Shown: positions 36,891 through 48,694, counted from the first letter of the stretch. The stretch is 64,000 nt of DNA from Candidatus Micrarchaeota archaeon (GCA_038046605.1 JBBSVW010000073.1:196-64195), one strand, 5' to 3'. The notes: generated by a model from the sequence alone, not told the origin. A program made the numbers and translations.

Positions 36891-37835
36891 ATGTTAATTT
36901 CAATAGTAATCCCGGTATTCAACGAAAAGGAAAACATCCAACCCCTGGTTGCAGAAATTGGCAAAACAGCTTTTTCCCTTCGTAAAAAGGGCATGCAAAC
37001 CGAGCTGATCCTTGTGGATGATGGCAGCACCGATGGCACATTCAAGGAAATCCAAAGGCTAAAAGTGCAATCCCCAAATATCCGGGCCATAAGATTCCGG
37101 AGGAATTTTGGCCAGACGGCGGCCTTTGATGCGGGTTTTGCGCAGGCCAAGGGCGAGGTTGTAATCACAATGGATGGCGATTTGCAAAACGATCCTGCCG
37201 ACATCCCCTTGCTTTTAGATAAACTGAACGAAGGGTATGATGTTGTTTCGGGATGGCGCTTTGAACGCAAGGACGCCGCCTTTTCAAAAAAGCTCCCCTC
37301 ATTGTTTTCGAACTATCTTGCAAGGTCCCTAACAGGCCTTAAGCTGCATGATTTCGGCTGCTCGCTTAAGGCATACCGACGCGAAGCACTCAAGGATCTG
37401 CGCCTATTTGGCGAAATGCATCGTTTCGTTCCTGCAATCCTGTTTACAAAGGGCTTTCGGATCGCGGAGGTAAAAGTCCGCCACAGGCCCCGGAAATTTG
37501 GCAAAACCAAGTATAATTTTACGCGCCTGCTAAAGGGCTTCCTCGACTTGCTCTACATCAAGTTCTGGTCCTCCTTTTCCACAAGGCCCCTTCACCTATT
37601 TGGCCTCATGGGCTTTTCCATGCTGTTCGTATCCGGCCTGATTGCGGCATACAAGTTTCTTGCATTGGTGTTCTTTTCGCAGCCAATCGAGGTCACCCCC
37701 GCACTATTGTTATCAGTTTTGCTTGCAATCCTTGGCTTATTGTTCATAATGTTTGGCTTCCTTGGCGAGGTGCAGGTTAGGACCTACTACAACACTTCTA
37801 AGGAGCACGAATATGAAATCGAAAGGAAAATATGA
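36891..37835 (+). CDS. GT2 polyprenol-phosphate hexosyltransferase (DPM1/GtrB-like) with C-terminal TM helices
   Basis: ISIVIPVFNE, VDDGSTDGT, MDGDLQND motifs. Two C-terminal TMs. Confidence 0.8.
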   Translation: MLISIVIPVFNEKENIQPLVAEIGKTAFSLRKKGMQTELILVDDGSTDGTFKEIQRLKVQSPNIRAIRFRRNFGQTAAFDAGFAQAKGEVVITMDGDLQNDPADIPLLLDKLNEGYDVVSGWRFERKDAAFSKKLPSLFSNYLARSLTGLKLHDFGCSLKAYRREALKDLRLFGEMHRFVPAILFTKGFRIAEVKVRHRPRKFGKTKYNFTRLLKGFLDLLYIKFWSSFSTRPLHLFGLMGFSMLFVSGLIAAYKFLALVFFSQPIEVTPALLLSVLLAILGLLFIMFGFLGEVQVRTYYNTSKEHEYEIERKI

Positions 37836-38022
37836 GAAAAAAACGGAAAATAGGAGCAAATGGAAAAATATGAATCTAAAATAATGCATTGATTGGAATT
37901 CGATCCAAAATATAACGATACTTAAAATTCAGCCAACTAAATAATGATAATTGATAATCTCACCAGGCAAATCCATCCAATATAGCATTCAAATCTGAAA
38001 ACAAACCGATGTGTGATAATTT

Positions 38023-39105
38023 ATGCGTTGGGGACTGCTCAAACTTCTGGAATGCATCAAATGCAGATCTTCATTAAGCCTGCGCACTCTTGAAGAGGAT
38101 GGGGATGAGATTGTTGAAGGTGCGTTGGAGTGCAAAAAATGCGGTGAAAAATACCCCATAATAAGGGCTGTCCCCCGGATGCTTCCGCCGCACTTCATGG
38201 CCGAGCTTGTATATCCCAAATACCCCGAATTTTTCAGCAAGCACAGGAAGCATTTTCCGCTTGCAAATTCCAGCGCAATTGTTGGATTTGAAAACAACGC
38301 AAAGGCAAAAACTTCCAAGAGCTTTGGGTATGAGTGGAAGAAATTCCCCCATTTCCACAGGATTTACAAGCGCCAATTCATCGACTGGCTATCCCCCAAC
38401 AAGCCCTCCATGTTCGAAGGGAAATTGGTGCTGGACGCCGGCTGCGGCATGGGCCGCCACCTTGCGGTCGCATCCGATTATGCCCGGGAAATTGTGGGTA
38501 TTGACTTAAGCGAGGCGGTTGATGCATCCTACGGCAACTTGCGCTCAAGGAAAAACGTTCACCTGGTCCAGGCCGACATTTACAATCTTCCCTTTGGAAG
38601 GCCCTTTGATCTTGCCTATTCGATTGGCGTTTTGCATCACCTCCCAAATCCGCAGGCTGGTTTCAAATCAATCCTGACCCACATTAGGCGCGGGGGCCAA
38701 ATATTTGTGTGGGTTTATGGCCACGAGGGGAATTTTGTGATGGTAAATATCATCGAGCCCTTCAGGAAGCTTTTCACATCCCGTTTGCCCCATGGCGCGC
38801 TATACCTTCTTTGCCATCCTGTGACAATTGCCCTTGAGCTCTCCTGCCTCCTCTACCAGTTGCTTAATGCAATTCCTCTTGTCAACATTGCAGCAAAATA
38901 CCTCCCAAGCAACACCTATCTTTTATACATTGCAAACTTTTCCTTCCGGCACAAGCTGGCAATTGTGTTCGATTTCCTCTCTGCGCCCCTTGCGCGCTAC
39001 TACCGCAAGGCTGAATTTGCCAAATGGTTTGCAAATGCAAAGCTTAAAGCAAAATTATATCCACATAATGGCAACAGCTGGAAGGCGCTTTCGCAGGTGA
39101 ATTAG
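38023..39105 (+). CDS. Zinc-ribbon (Trm112-like) + class I SAM methyltransferase
   Basis: N-terminal CIKC...CKKC; motif I VLDAGCGMGRH. Confidence 0.7.
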   Translation: MRWGLLKLLECIKCRSSLSLRTLEEDGDEIVEGALECKKCGEKYPIIRAVPRMLPPHFMAELVYPKYPEFFSKHRKHFPLANSSAIVGFENNAKAKTSKSFGYEWKKFPHFHRIYKRQFIDWLSPNKPSMFEGKLVLDAGCGMGRHLAVASDYAREIVGIDLSEAVDASYGNLRSRKNVHLVQADIYNLPFGRPFDLAYSIGVLHHLPNPQAGFKSILTHIRRGGQIFVWVYGHEGNFVMVNIIEPFRKLFTSRLPHGALYLLCHPVTIALELSCLLYQLLNAIPLVNIAAKYLPSNTYLLYIANFSFRHKLAIVFDFLSAPLARYYRKAEFAKWFANAKLKAKLYPHNGNSWKALSQVN

Positions 39106-41052
39106 ATGTGCGGCATTGCCGGGGTTATTGGCTTATCTGATAAATCGCTCATCAGGAAAATGTGCGATATCATCGCTCATCGCGGCCCAAACCATGGCGG
39201 CTACCATATTGATAAGGATGCATCAATTGGCTATCGTCGCCTGGCCATAATTGACGTAAAGGGCGGAAACCAGCCGATTTACAATGAGCAGGGCGATATC
39301 TGCATCGTCTTCAACGGCGAAATATACAATTATTTGGATCTAAAGCCCGCGCTTGAAAAAAAGGGGCACAAATTTACGACCAATTCCGACAGTGAAACCA
39401 TTTTGCATGGCTACGAGGAATATGGCGAAGGGATTGTTTCCAAGCTTCGCGGCATGTTCGCTTTTGCAATATGGGATTCGCGCAAAAAAAAGCTCCTGGT
39501 TGCGCGCGATAGGTTTGGGAAAAAGCCGGTTTATTTCACCCATGCAAATGGCGCATTCGGCTTTGCATCCGAAATAAAATCCCTCCTGCTCATGCCGGAT
39601 TTTAGCAAGGAGCTTGATTATTCTGCAATTGATTCTCTTCTAGCTTTCCGCTTCATACCTTCGCCGAATACGATTTTCAAGAATGTAAAAAAGCTTCCCG
39701 CCTCCCACTTTTTAATTTTTGAGAAAGGGAAACTTTTGCTTAAACGGTACTGGTCGCTGAATTATTCGCCAGTTGAGAGGACGGATTCCCTTGCTGCAAA
39801 AAAGGTGCGCACCCTATTGGAAGAATCCGTACGAATAAGGCTAATGTCCGAAGTCCCTCTTGGCGCTTACCTTTCCGGGGGGCTTGATTCATCGGCAGTT
39901 GTAGGCTACATGTCAAAGCTGATGGACTCCGAAGTGAAAACCTTTTCGGTTGGCTTTGGCGTTGAAAAATACGACGAGCTAAAATATGCCAGGGAGGTCT
40001 CGGAGGCGTTTTCAACGGACCATCATGAGATTATCATTTTGCCGGACTCAATCAAGCACTTGCCGCAAATAATATGGCACCTGGATGAACCCATGGCGGA
40101 TCCAACCGTTATCCCAACCTACCTCCTCTCTAAATTTGCAAAGAAAAAGGTCACGGTGGTCCTAACCGGCGAAGGAGGGGATGAGATGTTTGCCGGCTAC
40201 GAGCAGTACAAATTCATGGACCTTGCATTCCGCCACGGGAAAAAATTCCCAAAATTCATCCGCCGACACATAATTGCAAATGCCGTTAGGAAGGCGCCTA
40301 AAAAACTGCTTGATTCCTTGTTCAAATACTCCTCGGCGCTTGGCACAAAAGGGCTTGATCGGTTTTCGGATTTCATCTCCGACCTTGATTCCCCTGCAAG
40401 GAGCTATCTTGAGCTTGTGCAGGTATATACCCAAAAGGAGAGGGATGCCCTATATGGCGCGCATCAGGATTTGCCAAAGGGTAAAAATATGCCCGCCGCT
40501 GTTGATTTTTCCAATAAATATTCCAATTCGTTTTCCCCTTCATTTGCCCATGGCGATCTTCTTTCCCAAATGCAGCTTTTTGATGTTCAAACGCAGCTAG
40601 TTGATGATCTTCTGATGAAGGTTGATAAAATGGCAATGGCCGCTTCAGTTGAGGCAAGGGCGCCCCTTTTGGATCAGGAGCTTGCGGCTCTTGCCTTCAC
40701 CCTAACTCCCGATCAAAAAATCCGGGGAAAGGTGGAAAAATTCATGCTAAGGAAGGCCACATCACAAATTCTTCCTAAAAGCGCAAAGGATAGGAAAAAA
40801 GCGCGCTTTTTTGTTCCGCTTGATTATTGGTTCAAGGACGGGCTTTTGGATATTGCAAGCAACCTCCTAATTGAGGGCGATAGGGGCCTTTTCGACAAAA
40901 CGCAGATTCAAAAGGTGATCGATTCATATTCCAATTCCAGGGCATATGCGGCTCGGCAGCTTTGGTGCCTCATATCCCTTGAGATGTGGATGCGAACCTA
41001 CCTTGATAATGACGGTAAAGCGCCTCTTAATTATAATGAGCTCGTAGGTTGA
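39106..41052 (+). CDS. asnB: Asparagine synthase (glutamine-hydrolysing) family amidotransferase
   Basis: MCGIAG N-terminal nucleophile; SGGLDSS PP-loop. Confidence 0.9.
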   Translation: MCGIAGVIGLSDKSLIRKMCDIIAHRGPNHGGYHIDKDASIGYRRLAIIDVKGGNQPIYNEQGDICIVFNGEIYNYLDLKPALEKKGHKFTTNSDSETILHGYEEYGEGIVSKLRGMFAFAIWDSRKKKLLVARDRFGKKPVYFTHANGAFGFASEIKSLLLMPDFSKELDYSAIDSLLAFRFIPSPNTIFKNVKKLPASHFLIFEKGKLLLKRYWSLNYSPVERTDSLAAKKVRTLLEESVRIRLMSEVPLGAYLSGGLDSSAVVGYMSKLMDSEVKTFSVGFGVEKYDELKYAREVSEAFSTDHHEIIILPDSIKHLPQIIWHLDEPMADPTVIPTYLLSKFAKKKVTVVLTGEGGDEMFAGYEQYKFMDLAFRHGKKFPKFIRRHIIANAVRKAPKKLLDSLFKYSSALGTKGLDRFSDFISDLDSPARSYLELVQVYTQKERDALYGAHQDLPKGKNMPAAVDFSNKYSNSFSPSFAHGDLLSQMQLFDVQTQLVDDLLMKVDKMAMAASVEARAPLLDQELAALAFTLTPDQKIRGKVEKFMLRKATSQILPKSAKDRKKARFFVPLDYWFKDGLLDIASNLLIEGDRGLFDKTQIQKVIDSYSNSRAYAARQLWCLISLEMWMRTYLDNDGKAPLNYNELVG

Positions 41053-41143
41053 AATATTATTAAGCAGGAGATGGGAAAAGAAAATTTCAAATAATGCGCA
41101 ATATTCAGGCATTTTTCATTCACAAAATCGTGAAATTAATCTT

Positions 41144-42625
41144 ATGAAGAAATTTGATATCACAGGAAAAACATATGGGCGGATGCTTCTTTGCCTCCTG
41201 GCCATTTTGGCAATTGAGCTTGCCTTCCTCATGCTCCATCCGCTTGTGCATATCGATTCCGGCTGGACTGCTGAGGTATCCAATATGCTGGCATCGGAAG
41301 GAAGGATGGCCGCGCCCTCCTGGAGCGGCTTTCTTAACCAGGAGGATTACTTCTTTTGGAGGCCTCCGCTCTTTTTTGTTTTTGAGGCGGCAATTTTCAA
41401 GCTCCTTGGTTTTGGCCTGCTTCAAGTTGGCCTTTTGAATGCGTTCATCATCCTTGCAACATTTGCAATTGTCATAACGGAAGCAAAAAAACTTTATGGC
41501 AAGCCAGCTGCAATAGTTGCCAGCGCCGTACTAGCCTCTAATTTCATGTATCTTCTTCACGGCGTCTTCCATGGAAGGCCCGATCCATTGGTTGGCCTTC
41601 TCAATCTCATTTCCATGAAATACCTTCTAGAATATTCTTCAACAAGGGCGAAAAAAGCATTCCTTCTTAGCGCTTTTTTTGCATCCCTAAGCGCCCTAAC
41701 CCACGAGCTTGGGCTTCTTATGGTCGCTACAGTAGCAATTGTGCTGGTTAAGGAAAATGGCATGAAGGATTTATTGCGCACCCTTTTGCAATTGGTGAAA
41801 ATGGCTGCAATTTTCATCGCCGTTTTCATTCCCTACCTCCTATACGCCTCAATGCAACCCGCAATTTTTTCCGAGCAGGTTGGCTGGCTTTTGGGCAGGC
41901 ATGGCTCAATCCAGAATGTCATCCAAGATGAGGTGATACGCTATTACTGGGCCTTTACCACAAATAGCGGTGCCATGGCCCCCTGGTTCGCTTTTTTCAT
42001 GGCCCTCATGATTTTTACCGCAATTCGCAGGGATTTTTCGCCAATCCCCCTTGCAATTTTTATGCATTTGTTTTTGATGTTTTTTATCGGAAATAAGGCC
42101 ACCTATTACTACATTGCAATTGTTCCCCTTGCCGCCCTTCTTGCCGGCAAAATCTTTTCGGAAATTTCAATGGATGAAATGAAAAGTAGGATTGCAATTG
42201 GAGCGGTTTTGCTAACCTTCCTTTCCTCAATTGCATTATTCGGCTATTTTGCCCTAAAGGTTTCGCCCCAATTCGATTTCTTTGCCCTAAATTCTGCGCT
42301 TGCATCTGAAAAATATGGTATGGTGGTTGCCCAGCCGGCCTATTACTATGCGATGCAGGGAAGGATGTACTCTGCATACGCCATATTCAACAGAATTGAC
42401 CGCGGGGAAAGCCTTCCGTCAGTCATTTCCCAATTGAAGCCCGGTGCATTCTATTACGACCCCCTAAATCTGGAGGCTTCCTCCCCGCCGGAATTCAAGC
42501 AATATTTATTGGAGGAAACCGCCTTGGTAAAAATAGTTTGCGCAAGAAACGGCAGGGTTTATTATGATGCGGATTGCAAGGATGATAAGTACAGGGTGGA
42601 GATTTACAAGCCAAAACAAGCCTGA
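41144..42625 (+). CDS. Polytopic membrane protein, probable GT-C glycosyltransferase
   Basis: ~12 TM; no soluble domain. Confidence 0.45.
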   Translation: MKKFDITGKTYGRMLLCLLAILAIELAFLMLHPLVHIDSGWTAEVSNMLASEGRMAAPSWSGFLNQEDYFFWRPPLFFVFEAAIFKLLGFGLLQVGLLNAFIILATFAIVITEAKKLYGKPAAIVASAVLASNFMYLLHGVFHGRPDPLVGLLNLISMKYLLEYSSTRAKKAFLLSAFFASLSALTHELGLLMVATVAIVLVKENGMKDLLRTLLQLVKMAAIFIAVFIPYLLYASMQPAIFSEQVGWLLGRHGSIQNVIQDEVIRYYWAFTTNSGAMAPWFAFFMALMIFTAIRRDFSPIPLAIFMHLFLMFFIGNKATYYYIAIVPLAALLAGKIFSEISMDEMKSRIAIGAVLLTFLSSIALFGYFALKVSPQFDFFALNSALASEKYGMVVAQPAYYYAMQGRMYSAYAIFNRIDRGESLPSVISQLKPGAFYYDPLNLEASSPPEFKQYLLEETALVKIVCARNGRVYYDADCKDDKYRVEIYKPKQA

Positions 42626-42635
42626 GTGTTTGGGA

Positions 42636-43196
42636 CTAGCCTTTTTTTATGGCCCTCATCTCGAGATGTATCGTGGATACGATGTTGTTCAGGTACCGTT
42701 TTGCGATCCCATCAAGCCCAACGAGCCTAAGCATCCAGTAAAGCCTGCCCCCCTCCAGTTCGAGCCTGTCAATCCTGTAGCGTGCCTTTGTGTAGTAATT
42801 CAGGCTCGAATACTCCCGTGCGCCATCTTCAGTGAAGCAGTCAAAGGAATTTTCCACGTATCCGCGCGTATGCTGGAGATCCGCGAAGGTATAGTATGAG
42901 TTCCAATAGGGGATGAACGCTGTAAGTTTTCCTCCCGGCTTCAAAATCCTGTGTATTTCCTCCATGGTAAAAAAAATATTGTCTACGTGCTCAAGGACAA
43001 AGCGTGCCAGCACCTCGTCCACTGAACTGTCCTCTATAGGGAGCTTCTTGTTGAGGTCAGCTACGATGTCGACGCCAGGAAGCTTTACGCTATCGAGGCC
43101 AACATACCCCTTTTTCTTTGCTAGGCCGCAGCCCAGATCCAATTTTACAATCTTACTCTTGAACTTGTTTTTTTTCATTTCCTGCCATTTCCCCAT
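42636..43196 (-). CDS. Class I SAM-dependent methyltransferase
   Basis: Motif I LDLGCGLAKK; LKPGGKL motif. Confidence 0.7.
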   Translation of the reverse strand: MGKWQEMKKNKFKSKIVKLDLGCGLAKKKGYVGLDSVKLPGVDIVADLNKKLPIEDSSVDEVLARFVLEHVDNIFFTMEEIHRILKPGGKLTAFIPYWNSYYTFADLQHTRGYVENSFDCFTEDGAREYSSLNYYTKARYRIDRLELEGGRLYWMLRLVGLDGIAKRYLNNIVSTIHLEMRAIKKG

Positions 43197-44280
43197 AAAG
43201 CGCCAAGTACTTCGATATCACGGCATCCCGGGTAAAAAGCCGCTTCACCCGTGATAACGCCTTGTCGCTGTAATGCCTGTACTTCTTCTGATTGGTCAGC
43301 AACGTTTTTATTGCGTTCGCAAGCCTAGCTGAATCGCCTTTTTTTACCACGATGCCCCCATCGCCAATCGCGTCGGGTATGCCTCCATCATCGGAGCCTA
43401 CAACTGGCTTTCCTTGGGCCATTGCCTCAATTATGACAAATCCCATCCCTTCGCGGCGAATCGAGGGCAAAACAAGTATGTCACAATTCCTATACAGCTT
43501 TGGGAGTTCCCCTTCACCAACAAAACCCAAAAATTTTACCTTGTCGGCAATGCAAAGCCTCCTTGCCTCATTTTTCGCCTTTTGCAATTCAATTGGCGGC
43601 CCTGCAATACTGAGTTGGTAATCCAAACCCTTCAATCTGGCTAGCGCATCGAATAGAACGTATATGCCTTTGTCCTCCGATAGCCTGCCTGCAAAAAGGA
43701 TGCGCCCCTTCCCGGATTGCGGCTTTGGCCTTGGGGCAATCTGAAACAAGGTGTCATCAAGCCAATTTGTGATAGTTGTCACCTTCCTAGAGGGGAATAG
43801 GCGCGAAACTTTCCTCTCGAGAATCCAGCTCAGGGTCGTTATCCGGCTGCTGGATTCAAAGGCCCACCTGACAAGGGGCCATTTCAGGCGGCTTGCCCTT
43901 TGCCAATCTAAAAGCTCCCATTCAAAAAGGGTGATCATATGTGGAAGCCCTTCGAGCGCGGATATGAGGGATGCGGAAATGATCGCAGGCATGGTGTAGA
44001 AGCTATGTATGGCATCTATTTTTTCACGTTTGGAAATCCAAAGGCCGGCGAAGAAATATGCAAGGCTTCTGATGAAAAAGTTGCGCATGAGGGGCAGGTA
44101 GATCAGGTGGATGGTCAGGCACTTTTTGCTGTAGCTCCAATTCTTCTTCCCCTTCCAGTTTGGCGTTAAGACATGGACCTTATGCCCCTTTGCGCTAGCA
44201 TATTCTGCAAGGCCCATTACATGCCTTTCAGTTCCGCCCTGCAATGGGTAGGAAAAATCAGAAATGAGCAATATTTTCAT
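43153..44280 (-). CDS. GT4 glycosyltransferase
   Basis: C-terminal EGMGFVIIEAMAQGKPVV (E-x7-E). Start set at MKILLISDF. Confidence 0.85.
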   Translation of the reverse strand: MKILLISDFSYPLQGGTERHVMGLAEYASAKGHKVHVLTPNWKGKKNWSYSKKCLTIHLIYLPLMRNFFIRSLAYFFAGLWISKREKIDAIHSFYTMPAIISASLISALEGLPHMITLFEWELLDWQRASRLKWPLVRWAFESSSRITTLSWILERKVSRLFPSRKVTTITNWLDDTLFQIAPRPKPQSGKGRILFAGRLSEDKGIYVLFDALARLKGLDYQLSIAGPPIELQKAKNEARRLCIADKVKFLGFVGEGELPKLYRNCDILVLPSIRREGMGFVIIEAMAQGKPVVGSDDGGIPDAIGDGGIVVKKGDSARLANAIKTLLTNQKKYRHYSDKALSRVKRLFTRDAVISKYLALYGEMAGNEKKQVQE

Positions 44281-44326
44281 TTTACGAACCCTTTGGCGCA
44301 ATTTGCTAGCATTGCCTAAAAATGGG

Positions 44327-44572
44327 CTATTTTTTCCTGGCATCCCTAACGGCTTCCTCTTGGAGGTCAAGGCACGTCACATCGTTGCCGTTGTCCTTGA
44401 TGATGCTGCCGATGTATCCCCCGCCGCTACCGATATCCAATATCTTATGGCCAGTGCCGCATAGCTCAAAGAGCTTCCTCATCTTCTTGTAATCGTTTGA
44501 CTTCTTGTATTCATCAATGGATATGCCTGAAATGTAGTGCAACTGTGCCCGTTCTATCTTGCCTTTCCTCAT
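44327..44572 (-). pseudogene. Truncated N-terminal fragment of a class I SAM methyltransferase (81 aa)
   Basis: Motif I ILDIGSGGGYIG and motif II VTCLDL present. The rest of the methyltransferase fold is absent. Confidence 0.35.
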
Positions 44573-44678
44573 GCTATCACGATATTATTCGGTTGTAAAT
44601 GTTTATATTCCGTTGCAACCCGTTGGCGATTTTTTTAAGATATTTAAACTCCAAGCGCATCTATTATCTCAATCCAAA

Positions 44679-45071
44679 ATGCTCTTTGACCCTGCCCACC
44701 GGCAGCTTTTGAAATTTGCGCTCGTAGGCGCCTTTGGGTCAGTTGTAAATCTTGCCATGCTCTACCTGATCAGGGAATTAGGTGGTGTGCATTATATCTT
44801 CGCGGCTCTATTGAGCTCACAAATTGCTCTGACCGTAAATTTCATTGCCAACGATGCCTGGACATTCAAGGGGAGCAAAAGGCACGGATATCTGGCAAGG
44901 TTTGGCCGCTACTGGCTGATCTCCCATGGCACCATCCTCCTGGATCTGGGGATCTTGTATTTCCTTACAACATTCTTCTCGCTCTACTACATCATTTCTA
45001 TGCTGATTGCTATCCTGGTTTCAGCCTCGATCAACTACCTGCTGAACATGAAGCATACCTTCCATGCTTGA
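44679..45071 (+). CDS. GtrA-family membrane protein
   Basis: FALVGAFGSVVNL...NDAWTF; 4 TM. Confidence 0.65.
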   Translation: MLFDPAHRQLLKFALVGAFGSVVNLAMLYLIRELGGVHYIFAALLSSQIALTVNFIANDAWTFKGSKRHGYLARFGRYWLISHGTILLDLGILYFLTTFFSLYYIISMLIAILVSASINYLLNMKHTFHA

Positions 45072-45184
45072 GGTATATTTAGGGGGCTTGGGGCGCCCTA
45101 TTTTTAGCCGAATTGGTTTTTCCATTCGCCCTCGACGCTAGTAGCGACCAATATCTGGCGAATTGATTTTCAATTACTTCCCAT

Positions 45185-46747
45185 TCATTTCATAAGGCTC
45201 TTGATTGGGCCAAGCTCTATGGAAAGCTTGCCTTCGATTGCTTCGACCATTTTAACATCCAGCGGATCGAATGCCTTGAGGGCAAAAAGCATGAGGGCAT
45301 AAGCCGCGATAGTGGCAATTCCGATGAGGGCAAGATTGACAAGGCTTCCTCCAACGTCCAGGTAAATTGATGCCACAAGCGGTATGGCAAGGGTTACGGT
45401 CCCTGCAGCAAGGATCCTGAAGGTCGTTTTTGCCATTGGCCAAAAGCCAATGAGGCGCTTTACCTGATATGCGGAAATTGCCCCGTATGCCAGGAGGGAT
45501 ATTCCCGTGCCAAGCGCAGCTCCGGAAATGCCGTAGGCGGGGATCAGGGCCAAGTTAAGTGCAATGCTCATAACGGCGGCAATGAGGCTATTTATGAGCA
45601 GGTCCTTTGACCTGCCTGCCGAGGATAGCACAAATGTTGCGGAAAGGGTCAGTGAATAAAACAGGTTGGCAACCGAAAGGATGACAAGGGATGGCCCGGC
45701 CTTGGCGTATTCCTGGCCAAAGAGGATTGTAAGTGCTTGGGATGGGAATAGGGCCATCACCAATAGCGCCGGAAGGTTAAGGAGGAAAATCCATTTGTTT
45801 GCCGTCTGGTAGGTCCGCCCCAGCTCAAAGCGCTTCTTTTTGGCAAGCAGATCGGAAACCAGGGGGGCGAGCAGGGTAGTAAGCGCATTTGGGAACATGA
45901 GTAATAGCCCCGCTGTCGGAAGGGCAGTATTGTACACGCCTACTTCTGATACGCTCCTATAGATCCCAAGCAGGATAGAATCAGTCCAGTTGATGAAAAG
46001 GAAAACCACCCCGCTTAGCATGAGTGGAATTGAGAATTTCAATAATTCGAAGTGCCTGGGCTTTGCCTTGTAAGCTTTGCCAAAAAAAGGGAAAACCCTC
46101 TTTTCCATGAAATAAAACGACAGGAGGAAGGTGGCGAAGATGGAAATTAAGTATGCAACCGAGACGCCCAAAAGGCCATAGCCTAGCAATATCGCAAATG
46201 CTGCAAGGATCAAACGGATGAAGCTTTCGCCTATGGTTTTTGAAACCACGTCATACTGGTTCTTGAAAAACGAGTTGATAACGGCAAGGAACAGCCCCGT
46301 GAATGCATAGAATGGGAGGCCAATGGCCAGTATTTTGATGACAATCGATACCCTGCCGTCGTGGAACATGCTTTGCGCAATCCAATCCGAGAGGAAAAAC
46401 ATCAGGAGTAAGAGCAGGATGCTTGTCACGCTGGCTATCTGCAGGGCTGATTTGAGGAAGCTTGCGATGCCATCCATCCTACCCCCTGCCCGTTCCTTTG
46501 GTAGGTAGCGATAAAGGCCAGTTGTCATGCCTAAAAATGAGAGCATGCCGGCAATTGAAAAAATCGTAAACCCGAGCGAAAATACGCCATAAAGTTCCGC
46601 CCCTTCCCTGGCAATAAGCAGCCTGAAAATATATTGCGAGCCCTTAGTCAATGCAAGCCCAAGGAATGCAAGGCCAGCACCCTTTAGGAGTATTTTAAGG
46701 GGGCCAAGTTCGCTTAATTCAATCGGTTCATTTCCATTCTTTCCCAT
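45185..46747 (-). CDS. Wzx-type polysaccharide flippase (MOP superfamily)
   Basis: ~14 TM. Polysaccharide-biosynthesis-protein architecture. Confidence 0.7.
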   Translation of the reverse strand: MGKNGNEPIELSELGPLKILLKGAGLAFLGLALTKGSQYIFRLLIAREGAELYGVFSLGFTIFSIAGMLSFLGMTTGLYRYLPKERAGGRMDGIASFLKSALQIASVTSILLLLLMFFLSDWIAQSMFHDGRVSIVIKILAIGLPFYAFTGLFLAVINSFFKNQYDVVSKTIGESFIRLILAAFAILLGYGLLGVSVAYLISIFATFLLSFYFMEKRVFPFFGKAYKAKPRHFELLKFSIPLMLSGVVFLFINWTDSILLGIYRSVSEVGVYNTALPTAGLLLMFPNALTTLLAPLVSDLLAKKKRFELGRTYQTANKWIFLLNLPALLVMALFPSQALTILFGQEYAKAGPSLVILSVANLFYSLTLSATFVLSSAGRSKDLLINSLIAAVMSIALNLALIPAYGISGAALGTGISLLAYGAISAYQVKRLIGFWPMAKTTFRILAAGTVTLAIPLVASIYLDVGGSLVNLALIGIATIAAYALMLFALKAFDPLDVKMVEAIEGKLSIELGPIKSLMK

Positions 46748-46868
46748 ATGGATATTCCTTGTTATTTCGGGTTGAAAAATGCATGCATTATTTGGAAAAT
46801 GTGCGGGTTGGCGGTTAATTGGCATCTTTAGCCTGCCTGTTTTTGCCTCGGCGGTTATTTGCTAAACC

Positions 46869-48575
46869 CTACTTCAAATCGTATATGAAGATCACATGCC
46901 CGACCTTGGCAGTTGGTGTTATGCCCCTAAGCCATTTGTAGCAATCATGGTTGCGAAGGATATTGCCATTAAGGTTTGATGCGCTAATTGCAATAGTTCC
47001 TGTAGTTGGGCTGCATTCCTCTCCTCCCCTGCCAAAACCAGATGGGAGAAGTTCATGTTTGATTCCGTAATATTGCGGAGGAACCGATCCATAGTAACTA
47101 TACTTGACCGATTGAATCCCATTCGCATCAATATATTCCTTTAAGGCAAAATCCGACTGCCCCCAATCAAGGTCCGATTGCGAGAGGAATTTGTAGCCGT
47201 TATCCGCCCCGCCTGCAAGCTCGTTGAAATAAGGTATGTAAAATGGTGAAGCCGCCAGGGCGCTTATTGCATACCAGATGGCCAATATGGAAAATAAGCC
47301 GATATGGATTTTGCCCCCATTGAAAAGCCCATCTGGCTGCTTTCCTTGGAAAATCCTTCCCATGAATACAAAAAGGAAAGGGAATAGGCTCAGGATATAG
47401 CGGACTCCCGTATTGATCGGCACAAGGAAGCTGAAATAGATGAATATGAATATGATTGGGACAAGAAGGAATAGCTCCTCGAACCTAATTCCTGCTTTCC
47501 GGACCGAATAAACCGCGGCTATGAGGAAAATGATGAATGGGATTGGTGATTTGAGGAGGATCGCAATGATGTAGTAGTACCAAATGCCGCTTGTGTGGAT
47601 TTCCCCGAAAAGGTAATTCACCTGGGGATCCTTTTGGTGGATGAATTGGAGCGCAATATCCCTTATGTAGAAATTAAAGGGCACTGTGGCCTCCTCCAAT
47701 GCAAAATGCACAATTTTGCCAACTGCTGTTGCGTTGCTGAATATCCCCTCATTTGGAACATATTTGTTGATTCCCTTTGGATAAACCGCCCCAACCTTGA
47801 ACTGGTAGGTTGCAAGGACAATGAAACCTGAAATAAGTGCAAGTAGGATGAATAGGCAAAGGGCGTATTTTGCCCCCCTCATTTTTTTCAATTTCCAGAA
47901 TTTTGGGAGGGGCATTTTTTTAAGGTAGGCTGCCAAAAGGAGGATTCCATACATGGCAAATAGGTGCGTTCCTGCCATCTTGCTGGCAATTGCCATGCCC
48001 GTTGCCACTCCCATAAATGCAAAACTTCGCATCGATGGCTTTTCCCAAAATCTCCAAAACAAGAATGCGGAAAGGAAGACGAAAAAAGCCGTTCCCATGT
48101 CCAGGGCAGCAAGCGTTCCGTGCGCTAAAATGATCGGATAGAACGCGAAGAGGAAGAGGGAAAACAATGCCGCCTTCTCCCCATAAAGGCGCCTTCCCCA
48201 AACGAAAACCAAAAGCGCTGTCAGCACCATCAGGATAAGGGCCGGCAGCCTTGATAGGAAGATCATGTCCTTTGGAGGGATAGTGGATTTGAATAGGATT
48301 TGGAATTCAACGGCATCTGGCTTGTCAAAGCCGGTGACATACTCATTTGGCAGGCGGATCCCCATGAGGTAAGGGAGCGTCCCGGCGAAATACTTCAAAA
48401 GCGGGGGGTTTCCCTTCCCAAAATCAAAATCACCGCTTTGATACTGTGCAATTCCCTGTGCCACATATGAGGGCTCATCGAAGGTAAGGGAATTCGACCT
48501 GATCGCATGCAGCCCCTGCACGATTAGCGCCGCAGCCAGAAGCACGACAATCGAATTTATTCCAGGAAATTTCAT
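46869..48575 (-). CDS. GT-C fold membrane glycosyltransferase (ArnT/PMT-like)
   Basis: TFDEPSY acidic loop motif after TM1. Many TM. Confidence 0.6.
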   Translation of the reverse strand: MKFPGINSIVVLLAAALIVQGLHAIRSNSLTFDEPSYVAQGIAQYQSGDFDFGKGNPPLLKYFAGTLPYLMGIRLPNEYVTGFDKPDAVEFQILFKSTIPPKDMIFLSRLPALILMVLTALLVFVWGRRLYGEKAALFSLFLFAFYPIILAHGTLAALDMGTAFFVFLSAFLFWRFWEKPSMRSFAFMGVATGMAIASKMAGTHLFAMYGILLLAAYLKKMPLPKFWKLKKMRGAKYALCLFILLALISGFIVLATYQFKVGAVYPKGINKYVPNEGIFSNATAVGKIVHFALEEATVPFNFYIRDIALQFIHQKDPQVNYLFGEIHTSGIWYYYIIAILLKSPIPFIIFLIAAVYSVRKAGIRFEELFLLVPIIFIFIYFSFLVPINTGVRYILSLFPFLFVFMGRIFQGKQPDGLFNGGKIHIGLFSILAIWYAISALAASPFYIPYFNELAGGADNGYKFLSQSDLDWGQSDFALKEYIDANGIQSVKYSYYGSVPPQYYGIKHELLPSGFGRGGEECSPTTGTIAISASNLNGNILRNHDCYKWLRGITPTAKVGHVIFIYDLK

Positions 48576-48694
48576 TGAATTCTTCCCCCGTTTCCATGTT
48601 GACCTTTATTTTTAAGTCAAAATATAGTTTTTTAAGATACAATAACATTTAAATTGCTGGCTATTTACGAATTCTCTGGTTTTTAGGGTTTCAT

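Noticed and set aside
44327-44572. Intact small methyltransferase
   Set aside because: Only motifs I and II are present in 81 aa. Treated as a truncated remnant rather than a functional CDS.
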